DNA of 63,018 nt, the filler included, from Octopus bimaculoides (taxonomy: Eukaryota), in assembly GCF_001194135.2 (NCBI RefSeq). It is 8 parts of 7 records of this genome, joined end to end, with 100 filler letters (N's around TTAATTAATTAA, not from the genome) between each part and the next. Parts side by side here need not be neighbours in the genome. Positions count along the whole stretch, not along the records: positions 38,824 to 61,489 come from NC_068991.1; positions 61,590 to 63,018 come from NC_068995.1; 6 more parts are not named here. One strand, 5' to 3'. Both the position numbers and the translations under genes were made by a program. How positions within the stretch are numbered: position 1 is the first letter of the stretch; every line of letters begins with the position of its first letter. The notes beneath the pieces are model-generated. The model did not search any database. It was not told the origin of the DNA and saw only the letters and a list, made by a program, of their open reading frames with translations. Positions 60,383-63,018 of the stretch are shown in pieces.

Positions 60383-60919
60383 TGTATATGCATGTATATG
60401 CATATATATATGTGTACGTATGGAAGAATGAATGCGCAACTGAAGGAATAGTATTCACACTGCAGTAGCATTGAAATATATTTTGTTAGTGTTATGCATA
60501 TTTAAAAAGACTTTTATTAAAAAAGATTCATTGTGAACTCCTGTATTTATAGGTCAAAGGTTAACAGGGTCAACATTAAACCTAATATGCACTGCAATAA
60601 ATAGTCTGTGCTCTTAGTAATATCGCGTCTATACGTACACTTGCATACTCAAATATACACACTGCCGTATATACACAGAAGTGGTACACAATGTGTGTAT
60701 TTATATATATATATATGCATATAGACAATAATGTGTATATATACATATACAGATATATATTCTTATAAATATATATACTCATATGTGTTTATGAGTATAC
60801 ACATTTATATCTATGAATATATATCTATACATGTGTACATGTAAGCTTATATGTATATACGGCTAAACATATATACATGTATATACATACTACATATATA
60901 CAGACATATATATTTACAT

Positions 60920-60951
<32 letters not shown>

Positions 60952-61306
60952 NNNNNNNNNNATATATATATACATACATACATACATACATGTATATATA
61001 TGTATATATGTGTGCGTGCGATTAAGTATACGTATGTATAATATGTTCGACTGTTTATGTATTTGCGTGTCCTCTATTTCAAGAGCAACCGAGCGTGTAA
61101 CCAGTCTGTAAGTCTGTAAACGAATATCTGTCAACTTTAGTCCTTTTTCGTTGAACGCAGAGCAATTTCCCTTCGAATATTTTCAACGAAAGTGAAGAAT
61201 TTTCACATTTCTATTGCTGCATGAAGTTATACTTTCGCCAAATGGTTCGCAGATGTTTCCTTTCATCAGACTTATATTTATTTATGTATGTATTATTGTT
61301 TAGCTC

Positions 61307-61337
<31 letters not shown>

Positions 61338-61369
61338 CATACATACATACATACATACATACATGCATG

Positions 61370-61412
<43 letters not shown>

Positions 61413-61489
61413 ATATGCATGTATATATGTATTTACATATAAATATGATGGGTGAAACGAATAAAAGAATATGTACGTATATATATATA

Positions 61490-61589
61490 NNNNNNNNNNN
61501 NNNNNNNNNNNNNNNNNNNNNNNNNNNNNNNNNTTAATTAATTAANNNNNNNNNNNNNNNNNNNNNNNNNNNNNNNNNNNNNNNNNNNN
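61490..61589. other. Assembly join: N44-TTAATTAATTAA-N44
   Basis: Linker at 61534-61545. Confidence 0.95.
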
Positions 61590-61639
<50 letters not shown>

Positions 61640-61657
61640 CATATACACATACACATA

Positions 61658-61901
61658 CAGTAATACTTCACTTTACGAGACCCCAGGTTTACGAGGTTTA
61701 TTTTATGATAAATATAAAATGGTTAAACAGCCATTTTGTGTGTGGCAATGTCGCAACATGTGTCAACACTGGTACTGACGCGTATACCGACGGAGTAAAA
61801 CGACGGCATAAAATTTCATTGCGACTATGTGAAATTATTTCTCTGCTTTACGAGTTTCCGCTTTACGAGCGCTCTCTCTCAAATTAGTCGAGGCGTCACT
61901 G
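61658..61901. mobile_element. Tigger/pogo-type MITE
   Basis: TA|CAGTAATACTTCAC ... AGTCGAGGCGTCACTG|TA termini; internal CTTTACGAG subterminal repeats. Confidence 0.55.
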
Positions 61902-62038
61902 TACATATGTATATTTATCAATTAAAATTAAGGATAAAATCTCTATAGAATTTTATCAAGTAGCTAGCATGCAAAAACCAATTAAGGTAAAAATTAATAC
62001 GAAGTATATAATTTTATAAATATTATTATGAAATTGTA

Positions 62039-62162
62039 ATAAGGGCAATTATGAGGTAATGCCACATGGTGGAAGAAGACACCAAATGGTTCTAAACTAT
62101 TTTGTTTAGAGCCATTTGGTGTCTTCTTCCACCATGTGGCATTACCTCGTAATTGCCCTTAT
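62039..62162. repeat. Near-perfect hairpin (59-bp arms, 6-nt loop)
   Basis: 62039-62097 is the reverse complement of 62104-62162 with 2 mismatches, both G:U-compatible on the + strand. Confidence 0.95.
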
Positions 62163-62247
62163 AATTATATATATACTGTAAGCTCGTGGGCATCGGTGCC
62201 GATTTTTTTCTTCCTCCGTTTTTCCATTCTTTGAACTTACCGTCTTT

Positions 62248-62274
62248 CCGACGAAGGGCTCCGCCCGAAACGTC
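62248..62274 (+). ncRNA. Hammerhead-like core (Penelope-type), degenerate
   Basis: CCGACGA-A-GGGC-tcc-GCCC-GAAA-CGT-C; stem I is not convincing. Confidence 0.4.
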
Positions 62275-63018
62275 ATACTCTCTCTCTTTCCCTTCCCGAG
62301 CGTCTAATAACACTATCCGTATCACGTCCTCACTTTGTTGTTTTTTTTTGTTATTGTTTTTTGTCTTTTTTTGAACCTATATATATATATATACATACAT
62401 ATATTTGGTTTTTGGATTTGGTTTGCAAGATTCTTTATGTGAGTTCGTGTGTTGGGGCATATTCTGTTGTCTGGGGAGAGTCATTCTCATTTGGTGCCTT
62501 ATAATTTAACACACTCACTGGTAAAATTTCCACTTATTTCTTTTTTATTTTTCTAAAATTTTTGTAGCGTTTTGCAACCTTTTCAGTGGTTTTGACTCTA
62601 TATATATGTAAGATCCAAGGATCGAGGAGTAGGAAGAAAGGTAGCTTCAAGCAGCCCGGATCTTATCAACCCCATTCCTTAACTCTTGTGTGTCTGTGTG
62701 TGTGTGTGTATACACGCACACACATAGCTTCTAAGTGGAAGTGGACGCAGCATGTTCTTTGTCTATCTTGGAGAGTTTAGGTAAAATTATAATAATGTGT
62801 CCATCTGTTTTAATTTAATTAAAGTCTATATCTTTGTGGAGCTGAGTATTGCTTTGTATTTAAATTGATGTAATGGTTGCATTGTTCAGTTAAATGGAGT
62901 TGCGTGAAACGATCGTACTGCATTACCTCTGGATATTCTTGTTGCTTATTTTGATTCATATACATACATACATACATACATACATACATACATGCATACA
63001 TACACACACACACATATA

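Overview
AT-rich, microsatellite-dense eukaryotic draft-genome sequence with many N gaps. It is most likely intronic/intergenic DNA of an octopus. That assignment is inferred from my recollection of octopus SINE families and repeat style, not from a database search. It is not one continuous contig: seven 100-nt gaps of the form N44-TTAATTAATTAA-N44 join separate pieces. Almost all long ORFs in the track are microsatellite or N read-throughs. Recognisable content is mostly decayed mobile DNA: mariner, maT/Tc1-like, pogo/Tc2-like, MITEs, RTE, CR1/L2-like, R4/Dong, Penelope-like, a Helitron scrap and several tRNA-derived SINE families. One host exon is fairly convincing (11675-11749, VOPP1/WBP1-like CC-x3-CC...MWYFW), and a few weaker exon or promoter candidates exist. 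The most interesting signals are several type I hammerhead ribozyme motifs of the Penelope/retrozyme kind. One looks essentially intact (38865-38955, minus strand) and one pair is arranged as an inverted dimer. There are also two long, near-perfect fold-back hairpins (8378-8604 and 62039-62162).
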